Source: Flectonema sp. DT1601 (lineage: Eukaryota). From it: a DNA stretch of 64,000 bases. Location: NCBI GenBank assembly GCA_964019425.1, contig OZ025795.1:434001-498000 (forward strand), read 5' to 3'. Below the pieces are notes generated by a model, which was not told the DNA's origin, made no database searches, and saw only the letters and a program-made list of their open reading frames with translations. The translations under genes and the position numbers were made by a program. Positions 23,379-34,642 of the stretch are shown here, one piece after another. Numbering within the stretch: the first letter of the stretch is position 1; the number at the start of each line of letters is the position of its first letter.

Positions 23379-25096
23379 AGAAAATTCTGAAAATTCTCCC
23401 GTCATGTTGGGTTGTTTCGAGCGGTTAAAATTTTTGTGATGAGTTGGCGATTTCGCAAACTATTTTTGTGGAATTAGGGGTTTTCCCTTTATTTTTTAAA
23501 GAAAAAAAAACGGAAAATAGAAATTAGTCGACAAAGTCGAACGATAAAAAAAAACAATGATAACATTGTTTATTCTTTTTTTTGTATTTTTTTATATTCT
23601 TTTTTATTAATTTTGAAAAAAAAACAATCAGTTTAGCGTCTTGACCAGGACGGAAAATAGAAAGTAATCGACATAGTCGATCGATAAAAAAAACAATGAT
23701 AACATTGTTTATTCTTTTTTTTTTTTTTTTTTTTTAAATTCTTTTTATTTATTTTTTAAAGAAAAAAAACGGAAAATAGAAATTAGTCAACAAAGTCGAA
23801 CGATAAAAAAAAAACAATGATAACATTGTTTATTCTTTTTTTTTTATTTTTTTTTTTTTAATATTTTTTTTTTATTTTGAAAAAAAAAACAATCAGTTTA
23901 GCGTCTTGACCAGGACGGAAAATAGAAAGTAATCGACATAGTCGATCGATAAAAAAAAACAATGATAACATTGTTTATTCTTTTTTTTTATTTTAAATTC
24001 TTTTTATTCATTTTTTAAAGAAAAAAAACGGAAAATAGAAATTAGTCGACAAAGTCGAACGATAAAAAAAAAACAATGATAACATTGTTTATTCTCTTTT
24101 TTTTTGTATTTTTTTTAATATTCTTTTTTATTAATTTTGAAAAAAAAAAACAATCAGTTTAGCGTCTTGACCAGGACGGAAAATAGAAAGTGATCGACAT
24201 AGTCGATCGATAAAAAAACAATGATAACATTGTTTATTCTTTTTTTTTATTTTAAATTCTTTTTATTTATTTTTTAAAGAAAAAAAAAACGGAAAATAGA
24301 AATTAGTCGACAAAGTCGAACGATAAAAAAAAACAATGATAACATTGTTTATTCTTTTTTTTGTATTTTTTTATATTCTTTTTTATTAATTTTGAAAAGA
24401 AAAAACAATCAGTTTAGCGTCTTGACCAGGACGGAAAATAGAAAGTGATCGACATAGTCGATCGATAAAAAAACAATGATAACATTGTTTATTCTTTTTT
24501 ATTTATTTTAAATTCTTTTTATTTATTTTTTACAGAAAAAAAACGGAAAATAGAAATTAGTCAACAAAGTCGAACAATAAAAAAAAAACAATGATAACAT
24601 TGTTTATTCTTTTTTTTTTTTTTTTTTTTTTATATTCTTTTTTATTAATTTTGAAAAAAAAAAACAATCAGTTTAGCGTCTTGACCAGGACGGAAAATAG
24701 AAAGTAATCGACATAGTCGATCGATAAAAAAACAATGATAACATTGTTTATTCTTTTTTTTTTATTTTAAATTCTTTTTATTTATTATTTAAAGAAAAGA
24801 AACGGAAAATAGAAATTAGTCGACAAAGTCGAACGATAAAAAAAAAACAATGATAACATTGTTTATTCTTTTTTTTTTTTTTTTTTATATTCTTTTTATT
24901 AATTTTTTAAAAAAAAAAAAAAAAACAATCAGTTTAGCGTCTTGACCAGGACGGAAAACTGGAAGTAATCGACATAGTCGATCGATAAAGAAAACAATGA
25001 TAACATTGTTTCATCTTTTATATTTTTTAATTTTTTTTTTTTATATTTGAAGAAAAGAAAGAAGAAAAAAAAAAAAAAAAAAAAACAAGCGGAATT

Positions 25097-27849
25097 CTAA
25101 GTGTTTCTCACTTAGAATTTTATTTTTATGTTCGCTTTCTATCCCTTCTCCTATCCCTTTTGTTCAAAATAAGCGGGAGGAAATTCTCTCATTCACGCTA
25201 AGATGCACTCTGAACTTTGATTTTTTGATCTGAGTGTGAGGGAATGACCTGTTAGTGCATTGGGCATAGGCTGGGCTGCAGTTTAGATGTCTTAGGTGTT
25301 AATAGGGGGTTCCTCTTAGCATTTTTCTTTGTTCCCACCTTATGATTTTCTTGAAGAAAAAAAATAGAAGTCATAATGGTGCTTCCCTCTGGAAGGGTTG
25401 TAAGCCATGGTGTCCAACTAAATTAAAGGACAAGTCTGGGATAATCCCTGCCAGAGGGGCGAGTATTCTACCATGGTTGAAATACTCTGGCAACTGATCT
25501 TCAATTTTATGTTGTTTGTTAGCTGCTGGTGTATCTCGATCATGTGTTGATACTTGCATTTTTTTTTATTTGTAATCTTTTACTACAATAACTCTTGCAA
25601 TTATCTTTTCTTTTTTATTCTCTATCTGTTCTGGTCTGCTTCTTCATTTTTTTACATTAATAATTACATTTTGTTCAAAAAGAAAAAAAAAGAAAAAGAT
25701 TTCATATTAGAAACTAGGAAACTAGGTTAACACTTAGTTAAAATTAAGACCGGTTAGTCAGTTTAAGGTCTTGTCTAGGACCAACATTCTTGTTTAACTT
25801 CAGTTATATTCATTTTACTTTTTATTGTTTCCCATCTGTTTTTATTTTCTATTAGTTCTGGTCAGAAACCCCTGGGCAGCAAGAAGGAAAGCAGTTTAGT
25901 ACTTCTGGGTGTTTGGCATCACCCCCCATAGTGAGCAAGTACAACAGGTAGCATTGGTAGTCTGTTGATCCTGAGTGATCCCAGCTACAGTTTTGTTTTT
26001 CTTTCTTTTTTTTAGAAGAAGATCAGGACATCCAAGCACTGCTGGATAGTTGCTGAATGCAGGGCCTGCCTGTGGCATTATAATAACAGGCTAAGTCATT
26101 TGTAGTTCATAGTTTACCTTTGATTTTATAACTTCACACAGGGTACTATGAACGATGAGAGATCCAGTGGGATCACTCAGGGTCTAGTAGAGACCACCAA
26201 TGTTGTGCGTTGATAGGCAAGGTGACCAACCTTGACATTCTTTCTTTTCTCTCCTGTTGTGACAAACACAAAATACACACACAGCTTACAGTGTGTTCTT
26301 TGTGTATGTTTTCTTCAGGTGTGAGTAGTTTTTTTGTTCTTGCTCTTCAGGGAGGGCCTTAGCCAAAAGCTAACAGTCCAAATCTCACCTGGAAATTCAA
26401 CTCCCATTGGGCATAGGCTGGGCTGCAGTTTAGATGTCTTAGGTGTTAATAGGGGGTTCCTCTTAGCATTTTTCTTTGTTCCCACCTTATGATTTTCTTG
26501 AAGAAAAAAAATAGAAGTCATAATGGTGCTTCCCTCTGGAAGGGTTGTAAGCCATGGTGTCCAACTAGATTAAAGGACAAGTCTGGGATAATCCCTGCCA
26601 GAGGGGCGAGTATTCTACCATGGTTGAAATACTCTGGCAACTGATCTTCAATTTTATGTTGTTTGTTAGCTGCTGGTGTATCTAGATTATGTGTTGATAC
26701 TTGCATTTTTTTATTTGTAATCTTCTATTACAATCCTCTTTCTGTTCTGGTCTGTTACTTCATTTGTCTTGTATAACTTCAGTTATATCCATTTTACTTT
26801 TTATTGTTTCCCATCTACTTTTTATTTTCTATTAGTTCTGGTCAGAAACTCCTGGGCAGCAAGAAGGAAAGTAGTTGAGTACTTCTGGGTGTTTGGCATC
26901 ACCCCCCATAGTGAGCAAGTACAACAGGTAGCATTGGTAGTCTGTTGATCCTGAGTGATCCCAGCTACAGTTTTGTTTTTCTTTCTTTTTTTTAGAAGAA
27001 GATCAGGACATCCAAGCACTGCTGGATAGTTGCTGAATGCAGGGCCTGCCTGTGGCATTAAAATAACAGGCTAAGTCATTTGTAGTTCATAGTTTACCTT
27101 TGATTTTATAACTTCACACAGGGTACTATGAACGATGAGAGATCCAGTGGGATCACTCAGGGTCTAGTAGAGACCACCAATGTTGTGCGTTGATAGGCAA
27201 GGTGACCAACCTTGACATTCTTTCTTTTCTCTCCTGTTGTGACAAACACAAAATACACACACAGCTTACAGTGTGTTCTTTGTGTATGTTTTCTTCAGGT
27301 GTGAGTAGTTTTTTTGTTCTTGCTCTTCAGGGAGGGCCTTAGCCAAAAGCTAACAGTCCAAATCTCACCTGGAAATTCAACTCAAGAAAAATGCTAAGAG
27401 GAACCCCCTATTAACACCTAAGACATCTAAACTGCAGCCCAGCCTATGCCCAATGCACTAACAGGTCATTCCCTCACACTCAGATCAAAAAATCAAAGTT
27501 CAGAGTGCATCTTAGCATGAATGAGAGAATTTCCTCCCGCTTATTTTGAACAAAAGGGATAGGAGAAGGGATAGAAAACGAACATAAAAATAAAATTCTA
27601 AGTGAGAAACACTTAGCAGAAACACTTAGCAGCTTTTAAGGAGCTGAAAAGCAAAAAAAAAAATCTAAGTGAGAAACACTTAGTAGTAACAATTTGTAGC
27701 TAATTAAGCTGAAAATAAAAAAATAAAAAATTTCTAAGTGAGAAATACTTAGCAACTTTTAGAACAAATATTTCAGTAAATAACCTGTAATGATTAAACC
27801 ATTACAAGTTTGATGCCAAAACTGACAAGGACTGAGTTGAATTTACAGG
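25097..27849 (-). repeat. Family B continued: variant unit to 26403, truncated unit 26405-27383, inverted segment 27384-27849
   Basis: Junctions fall at GGAAATTCAACTC (26403, 27383). 27384-27849 is the reverse complement of ~17589-18054. Confidence 0.92.
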
Positions 27850-28201
27850 ATAGAAATTAGTCGACAAAGTCGAACGATAAAAAAAAAACAATGATAACAT
27901 TGTTTATTCTTTTTTTTTTGTATTTTTTTATATTCTTTTTTATTAATTTTGAAAAAAAAAAACAATCAGTTTAGCGTCTTGACCAGGACGGAAAATAGAA
28001 AGTGATCGACATAGTCGATCGATAAAAAAACAATGATAACATTGTTTATTCTTTTTTTATTTTATTTTAAATTCTTTTTATTTATTTTTTAAAGAAAAAA
28101 AACGGATAATAGAAATTAGTCAACAAAGTCGAACGATAAAAAAAAAAACAATGATAACATTGTTTATTCTTTTTTTTTAATTTTTTTTTTTTAATATTTT
28201 A

Positions 28202-28732
28202 CCTGGGCAGCAAGAAGGAAAGTAGTTAAGTACTTCTGGGTGTTTGGCATCACCCCCCATAGTGAGCAAGTACAACAGGTAGCATTGGTAGTCTGTTGAT
28301 CCTGAGTGATCCCAGCTACAGTTTTGTTTTTCTTTCTTTTTTTTAGAAGAAGATCAGGACATCCAAGCACTGCTGGATAGTTGCTGAATGCAGGGCCTGC
28401 CTGTGGCATTATAATAACAGGCTAAGTCATTTGTAGTTCATAGTTTACCTTTGATTTTATAACTTCACACAGGGTACTATGAACGATGAGAGATCCAGTG
28501 GGATCACTCAGGGTCTAGTAGAGACCACCAATGTTGTGCGTTGATAGGCAAGGTGACCAACCTTGACATTCTTTCTTTTCTCTCCTGTTGTGACAAACAC
28601 AAAATACACACACAGCTTACAGTGTGTTCTTTGTGTATGTTTTCTTCAGGTGTGAGTAGTTTTTTTGTTCTTGCTCTTCAGGGAGGGCCTTAGCCAAAAG
28701 CTAACAGTCCAAATCTCACCTGGAAATTCAAC
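28202..28732 (-). mobile_element. Solo truncated family-B insertion in a satellite T-tract
   Basis: Flanks AATATTTT / TTATTTTGAAAA match the uninterrupted unit at ~23860-23885. Ends GGAAATTCAAC+C. Confidence 0.9.
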
Positions 28733-29297
28733 CTTATTTTGAAAAAAAAAAACAATCAGTTTAGCGTCTTGACCAGGATGGAAAATAGAAAGTGATCGAC
28801 ATAGTCGATCGATAAAAAAAAAAACAATGATAACATTGTTTATTCTTTTTTTTTTTTTTTTATATTCTTTTTATTAATTTTTTTAAAAAAAAAAAAAACA
28901 ATCAGTTTAGCGTCTTGACCAGGACGGAAAACTGGAAGTAATCGACATAGTCGATCGATAAAAAAAACAATGATAACATTGTTTCATCTTTTATATTTTT
29001 TAATTTTTTTTTTTATATTTGAAGAAAAGAAAGAAAAAAAAAGAAAAAAAAAACAGGCGGAATTGATCATAATGGGTGGCAGGGGTTGTTATAACTTCAT
29101 TTGAAAATTCTTCTTTTTTAATTTCTTTTTTTTTTTTTTTTTTTTTTTTTTATTTAACAGGAGTTAAGATCACTTACATGAGTTAACACAACACAGATAC
29201 GAGAGTAGCAAACTGAGGTAACACTACCAATTCAACAAAAAATAATCAGGATCGGACACAAGGAGGAGGGTTCATTCTACCTCTCACTGTCCTTGCT

Positions 29298-29392
29298 GGT
29301 ATCTTAAGTGTCTTGGTATCTCTTTTGTGTCGGTATCTCGGAAGTGCTGGTATCTCGTATGTGCGTTGGTATCTCTTGCGTGTTGGTATCTC
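29298..29392 (-). repeat. Second six-copy GAGATACC array (inverted, diverged spacers)
   Basis: GGTATCT(C/T) at 29298, 29315, 29332, 29349, 29368 and 29385. Confidence 0.9.
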
Positions 29393-29411
29393 TTGCACAT
29401 AAGAAAAAATA

Positions 29412-32400
29412 TTGTTTGCAGCTGGTGGTTTTTTGAAACTTTGTGTGTGGAGCTGGCAGTTTTTTGAAACTTTGTGTGTGGAGCTGGCAGTTTTTTGAAA
29501 CTTTTTGTTTGCAGCTGGTGGTTTTTTAAAACTTTGTGTGTGGAGCTGGTGGTTTTTCAAAACTTCGCGTGTGGAGCTGGTGGTTTTCTCAGATTTAGTG
29601 TGGAGCTGGCAGTTTTTTGAAACTTATTGTTTTCAGCTGGCAGTTTTTTTAAACTTTGTGTGTGGAGCTGGCAGTTTTTTGAAACTTTGCGTGTGGAGCT
29701 GGTGGTTTTTCAAAACTTCGCGTGTGGAGCTGGCAGTTTTTTGAAACTTATTGTTTTCAGCTGGCAGTTTTTTAAAACTTATTGTTTTCAGCTGGCAGTT
29801 TTTTGAAACTTTTTGTTTGCAGCTGGTGGTTTTTTGAAACTTTGCGTGTGGAGCTGGCAGTTTTTTGAAACTTATTGTTTTCAGCTGGCAGTTTTTTGAA
29901 ACTTTGTGTGTGGAGCTGGCAGTTTTTTGAAACTTTTTGTTTGCAGCTGGTGGTTTTTCAAAACTTCGCGTGTGGAGCTGGCAGTTTTTTGAAACTTTGT
30001 GTGTGGAGCTGGTGGTTTTTCAAAACTTCGCGTGTGGAGCTGGCAGTTTTTTGAAACTTTTTGTTTGGAGCTGGTGGTTTTTTGAAACTTTGTGTGTGGA
30101 GCTGGTGGTTTTTCAAAACTTCGCGTGTGGAGCTGGCAGTTTTTTGAAACTTTTTGTTTGGAGCTGGTGGTTTTTTGAAACTTTGCGTGTGGAGCTGGTG
30201 GTTTTTCAAAACTTCGCGTGTGGAGCTGGCAGTTTTTTGAAACTTTTTGTTTGGAGCTGGTGGTTTTTTGAAACTTTGCGTGTGGAGCTGGTGGTTTTTC
30301 AAAACTTCGCGTGTGGAGCTGGCAGTTTTTTGAAACTTTTTGTTTGCAGCTGGTGGTTTTTTGAAACTTTGCGTGTGGAGCTGGCAGTTTTTCAAAACTT
30401 TGCGTGTGGCAGTTTTTTGAAACTTTTTGTTTGCAGCTGGTGGTTTTTTGAAACTTTGCGTGTGGAGCTGGCAGTTTTTTGAAACTTTGTGTGTGGAGCT
30501 GGCAGTTTTTTGAAACTTTTTGTTTGCAGCTGGTGGTTTTTTGAAACTTTGCGTGTGGAGCTGGCAGTTTTTTGAAACTTTGTGTGTGGCAGTTTTTTGA
30601 AACTTTTTGTTTGCAGCTGGTGGTTTTTTAAAACTTTGTGTGTGGAGCTGGTGGTTTTTCAAAACTTCGCGTGTGGAGCTGGTGGTTTTCTCAGATTTAG
30701 TGTGGAGCTGGCAGTTTTTTGAAACTTTTTGTTTGCAGCTGGTGGTTTTTTAAAACTTTGTGTGTGGAGCTGGTGGTTTTTCAAAACTTCGCGTGTGGAG
30801 CTGGCAGTTTTTTGAAACTTATTGTTTTCAGCTGGCAGTTTTTTGAAACTTTGCGTGTGGAGCTGGTGGTTTTTCAAAACTTCGCGTGTGGAGCTGGCAG
30901 TTTTTTGAAACTTTGTGTGTGGAGCTGGCAGTTTTTTGAAACTTTTTGTTTGCAGCTGGTGGTTTTTTAAAACTTTGCGTGTGGAGCTGGCAGTTTTTCA
31001 AAACTTTGCGTGTGGAGCTGGCAGTTTTTTGAAACTTTGTGTGTGGAGCTGGCAGTTTTTTGAAACTTATTGTTTTCAGCTGGCAGTTTTTTGAAACTTT
31101 GTGTGTGGAGCTGGCAGTTTTTTGAAACTTTTTGTTTGCAGCTGGTGGTTTTTTAAAACTTTGTGTGTGGAGCTGGTGGTTTTTCAAAACTTCGCGTGTG
31201 GAGCTGGCAGTTTTTTGAAACTTTTTGTTTGGAGCTGGTGGTTTTTTGAAACTTTGCGTGTGGAGCTGGTGGTTTTTCAAAACTTCGCGTGTGGAGCTGG
31301 CAGTTTTTTGAAACTTTTTGTTTGGAGCTGGTGGTTTTTTGAAACTTTGCGTGTGGAGCTGGTAGTTTTTCAAAACTTCGCGTGTGGAGCTGGTGGTTTT
31401 CTCAGATTTAGTGTGGAGCTGGCAGTTTTTTGAAACTTTGTGTGTGGAGCTGGCAGTTTTTTGAAACTTTTTGTTTGCAGCTGGTGGTTTTTTGAAACTT
31501 TGCGTGTGGAGCTGGCAGTTTTTTGAAACTTATTGTTTTCAGCTGGCAGTTTTTTGAAACTTTGTGTGTGGAGCTGGTGGTTTTTCAAAACTTCGCGTGT
31601 GGAGCTGGTGGTTTTCTCAGATTTAGTGTGGAGCTGGCAGTTTTTTGAAACTTTTTGTTTGCAGCTGGTGGTTTTTTAAAACTTTGTGTGTGGAGCTGGT
31701 GGTTTTTCAAAACTTCGCGTGTGGAGCTGGCAGTTTTTTGAAACTTTTTGTTTGGAGCTGGTGGTTTTTTGAAACTTTGCGTGTGGAGCTGGCAGTTTTT
31801 CAAAACTTTGCGTGTGGAGCTGGCAGTTTTTTGAAACTTTGTGTGTGGAGCTGGCAGTTTTTTGAAACTTTTTGTTTGCAGCTGGTGGTTTTTTAAAACT
31901 TTGTGTGTGGAGCTGGTGGTTTTTCAAAACTTCGCGTGTGGAGCTGGCAGTTTTTTGAAACTTTGTGTGTGGAGCTGGCAGTTTTTTGAAACTGTTTGTT
32001 TGCAGCTGGTGGTTTTTTGAAACTTTGCGTGTGGAGCTGGCAGTTTTTCAAAACTTTGCGTGTGGAGCTGGCAGTTTTTTGAAACTTTGTGTGTGGAGCT
32101 GGCAGTTTTTTGAAACTTTTTGTTTGCAGCTGGTGGTTTTTTAAAACTTTGTGTGTGGAGCTGGTGGTTTTTCAAAACTTCGCGTGTGGAGCTGGCAGTT
32201 TTTTGAAACTTTGTGTGTGGAGCTGGCAGTTTTTTGAAACTGTTTGTTTGCAGCTGGTGGTTTTTTGAAACTTTGCGTGTGGAGCTGGCAGTTTTTCAAA
32301 ACTTTGCGTGTGGAGCTGGCAGTTTTTTGAAACTTTGTGTGTGGAGCTGGCAGTTTTTTGAAACTTTTTGTTTGCAGCTGGTGGTTTTTTAAAACTTTGT

Positions 32401-32992
32401 GTGTGGAGCTGGTGGTTTTTCAAAACTTCGCGTGTGGAGCTGGCAGTTTTTTGAAACTTTTTGTTTGGAGCTGGTGGTTTTTTGAAACTTTGCGTGTGGA
32501 GCTGGCAGTTTTTCAAAACTTTGCGTGTGGAGCTGGCAGTTTTTTGAAACTTTTTGTTTGCAGCTAGTGGTTTTTTAAAACTTTGCGTGTGGAGCTGGTG
32601 GTTTTTCAAAACTTTGCGTGTGGAGCTGGCAGTTTTTCGAAACTTTGCGTGTGGAGCTGGCAGTTATTTGAAACTTTTTGTTTGCAGCTGGTGGTTTTTT
32701 AAAATATTGTGTGTGGAGCTGGTGGTTTTTCAAAACTTTGCGTGTGGAGCTGGCAGTTTTTCAAAACTTTGCGTGTGGAGCTGGCAGTTTTTCGAAACTT
32801 TGCGTGTGGAGCTGGCAGTTATTTGAAACTTTTTGTTTGCAGCTGGTGGTTTTTTAAAACATTGTGTGTGGAGCTGGTGGTTTTTCAAAACTTTGCGTGT
32901 GGAGCTGGCAGTTTTTTGAAACTTTTTGTTTGCAGCTGGTGGTTTTTTAAAACTTTGCGTGTGGAGCTGGTGGTTTTTTGAAACTTTGCGTG
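29412..32992. repeat. 31-bp minisatellite, ~115 copies, consensus GAGCTGG(CA/TG)GTTTTT(TG/CA)AAACTTTG(C/T)GTGTG
   Basis: AGCTGGCAG recurs at 29451 and 29482 (period 31). A small set of variants is interspersed throughout. Confidence 0.97.
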
Positions 32993-33137
32993 AGGAAAAC
33001 CTTTGATAAATAAAAGTAAACGATACTAGTATATGAAAAAAAAACAAAAAAAAACCAGAGAAGGAAAGAGAAAATGAAAGGTATAAATTTTTTTGTGGGG
33101 ATATGGGGAGATGCTCTTTTTTTTTTTTTTTTTTTTT

Positions 33138-34000
33138 GAGTTGAGTTTACCAGGTGAGATTTGGACTGTTAGCTTTTGGCTAAGGCCCTCCCTGAAGAGC
33201 AAGAACAAAAAACTACTCGCACCTGAAGAAAACATACACAAAGAACATACTGTAAGCTGTGTGTGTATTTTGTGTTTGTCACAACAGGAGAGAAAAGAAA
33301 GAATGTCAAGGTTGGTCACCTTGCCTATCAACGCACAACATTGGTGGTCTCTACTAGACCCTGAGTGATCCCACTGGAAATCTCATCGTTCATAGTACCT
33401 ATGTGAAGTTATAAAATCAAAGGTAAACTATAAACTACAAATGACTTAGCCTGTTGTTATAATGCCACAGGCAGGCCCTGCATTCAGCAACTATCCAGCA
33501 GTGCTTGGATGTCCTGATCTTCTTCTAAAAAAAAGAAAGAAAAACAAAACTGTAGCTGGGATCACTCAGGATCAACAGACTACCAATGCTACCTGTTGTA
33601 CTTGCTCACTATGGGGGGTGATGCCAAACACCCAGAAGTACTAAACTGCTTTCCTTCTTGCTGCCCAGGAGTTTCTGACCAGAACTAATAGAAAATAAAA
33701 AGTAGATGGGAAACAATAAAAAGTAAAATGGATATAACTGAAGTTAAACAAGACAAATGAAGTAACAGACCAGAACAGAAAGAGAATAAAAAAAAAAGAT
33801 ATAGGCAAGAGTGATTGTAATAGAAGATTACAAATAAAAAAATGCAAGTATCAACACATGATCAAGATACACCAGCAGCTAACAAACAACATAAAATTGA
33901 AGATCAGTTGCCAGAGTATTTCAACCATGGTAGAATACTCGCCCCTCTGGCAGGGATTATCCCAGACTTGTCCTTTAATCTAGTTGGACACCATGGCTTA
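33138..34000 (+). mobile_element. Truncated, slightly diverged family-B insertion in a degenerate X-like segment
   Basis: Begins GAGTTGAGTTTACCAGG and ends CCATGGCTTA. Flanks (33030-33137, 34001-34120) match contiguous X sequence at ~21475-21725. Confidence 0.88.
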
Positions 34001-34385
34001 TTTTATTATTATTTTTTTTAAAGAGAAACAATCAGTTTAGCTCGATCAAGACGAAAAATAGAAATTAATTGACATAGTTGATTGATTAAAAAAAAACAAT
34101 GATAAAAATGTTTATTCTTTTTTTTTTTGTTTTTTTTTTAAACAAACAATAATAAATTAATGATGAGTCTGAGCTGTTCTCGCTTTTATGGAAACTTGCA
34201 GCTATGCTGCAAATAGCGTGCAACATGTTTAAGGTGTGTGCTGCTTGACCCAATAAGGAAGAAGACAAAAAAAGCAGAAGGCCCTGCTGTGAAGGGGGTT
34301 AAAGACGAAGTTTCCCAAGTTTAATAATTCTTTTCTGTCCTCTTTTAATAACTGAAATTACGTGTTTTTTTAGCTTGTATTTTAC

Positions 34386-34443
34386 GGGAAGGGCCTGAAT
34401 CAAAAGTTCACTGCCCCTATTCCTTTCCCAACTTCCTCAACTC
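34386..34443 (-). other. Isolated terminal hairpin motif with otherwise unrelated flanking sequence (possible fourth family)
   Basis: Minus strand GAGTTGAGGAAGTTGGGAAAGGAATAG-GGGCAG-TGAAC-TTTTG-ATTCA-GGCCC-TTCCC. Confidence 0.75.
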
Positions 34444-34642
34444 ATTATTTAATGAATATATGGATATCTCCTCCTCTTAGTGACATTTTTTTAATCCAGG
34501 TAGGGAAGATGTGTGTTAAGGCAAGTGTGGCGAAAAATCATGCTCAGTGTTGATTGTAATAAGTAATAATTTGCCTGTCATATCAAAAAAAAAACAAATT
34601 TCTCTCCCAACAGTACACATAGTTGAATTATGAAATGTTTTC

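Larger units (their letters stand above)
22303..23487. mobile_element. Non-autonomous Mutator-like (Pack-MULE-like) element, 1185 bp
   Basis: ~57-bp imperfect TIRs (GGGAAAACC.CTAATTC.ACAAAAATAGTTTGCGAAATCGCCAA..). 9-bp TSD TTTATTTTT at 22294-22302 and 23488-23496; neighbouring satellite units show the empty site. Confidence 0.88.
21173..25096 (+). mobile_element. Truncated copy of element X inserted in family B
   Basis: Reverse complement of ~6895-9951. Interrupts the B sequence CTAAGTGTTTCT-G-CTAAGTGTTTCTCAC. Stops at GCGGAATT, whereas other X copies continue GATCATAATGGG. Confidence 0.88.
27850..29400 (+). mobile_element. Remainder of a host X-like element (satellite, GCGGAATTGATCATAATGGG block, GGTATCTC array), interrupted by a B fragment
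   Basis: 29055-29400 is a diverged reverse complement of ~6610-6905. Confidence 0.8.

Noticed and set aside
29505..33047. Many repetitive ORFs on both strands
   Set aside because: Translation artefacts of a 31-bp minisatellite whose period is not a multiple of 3.
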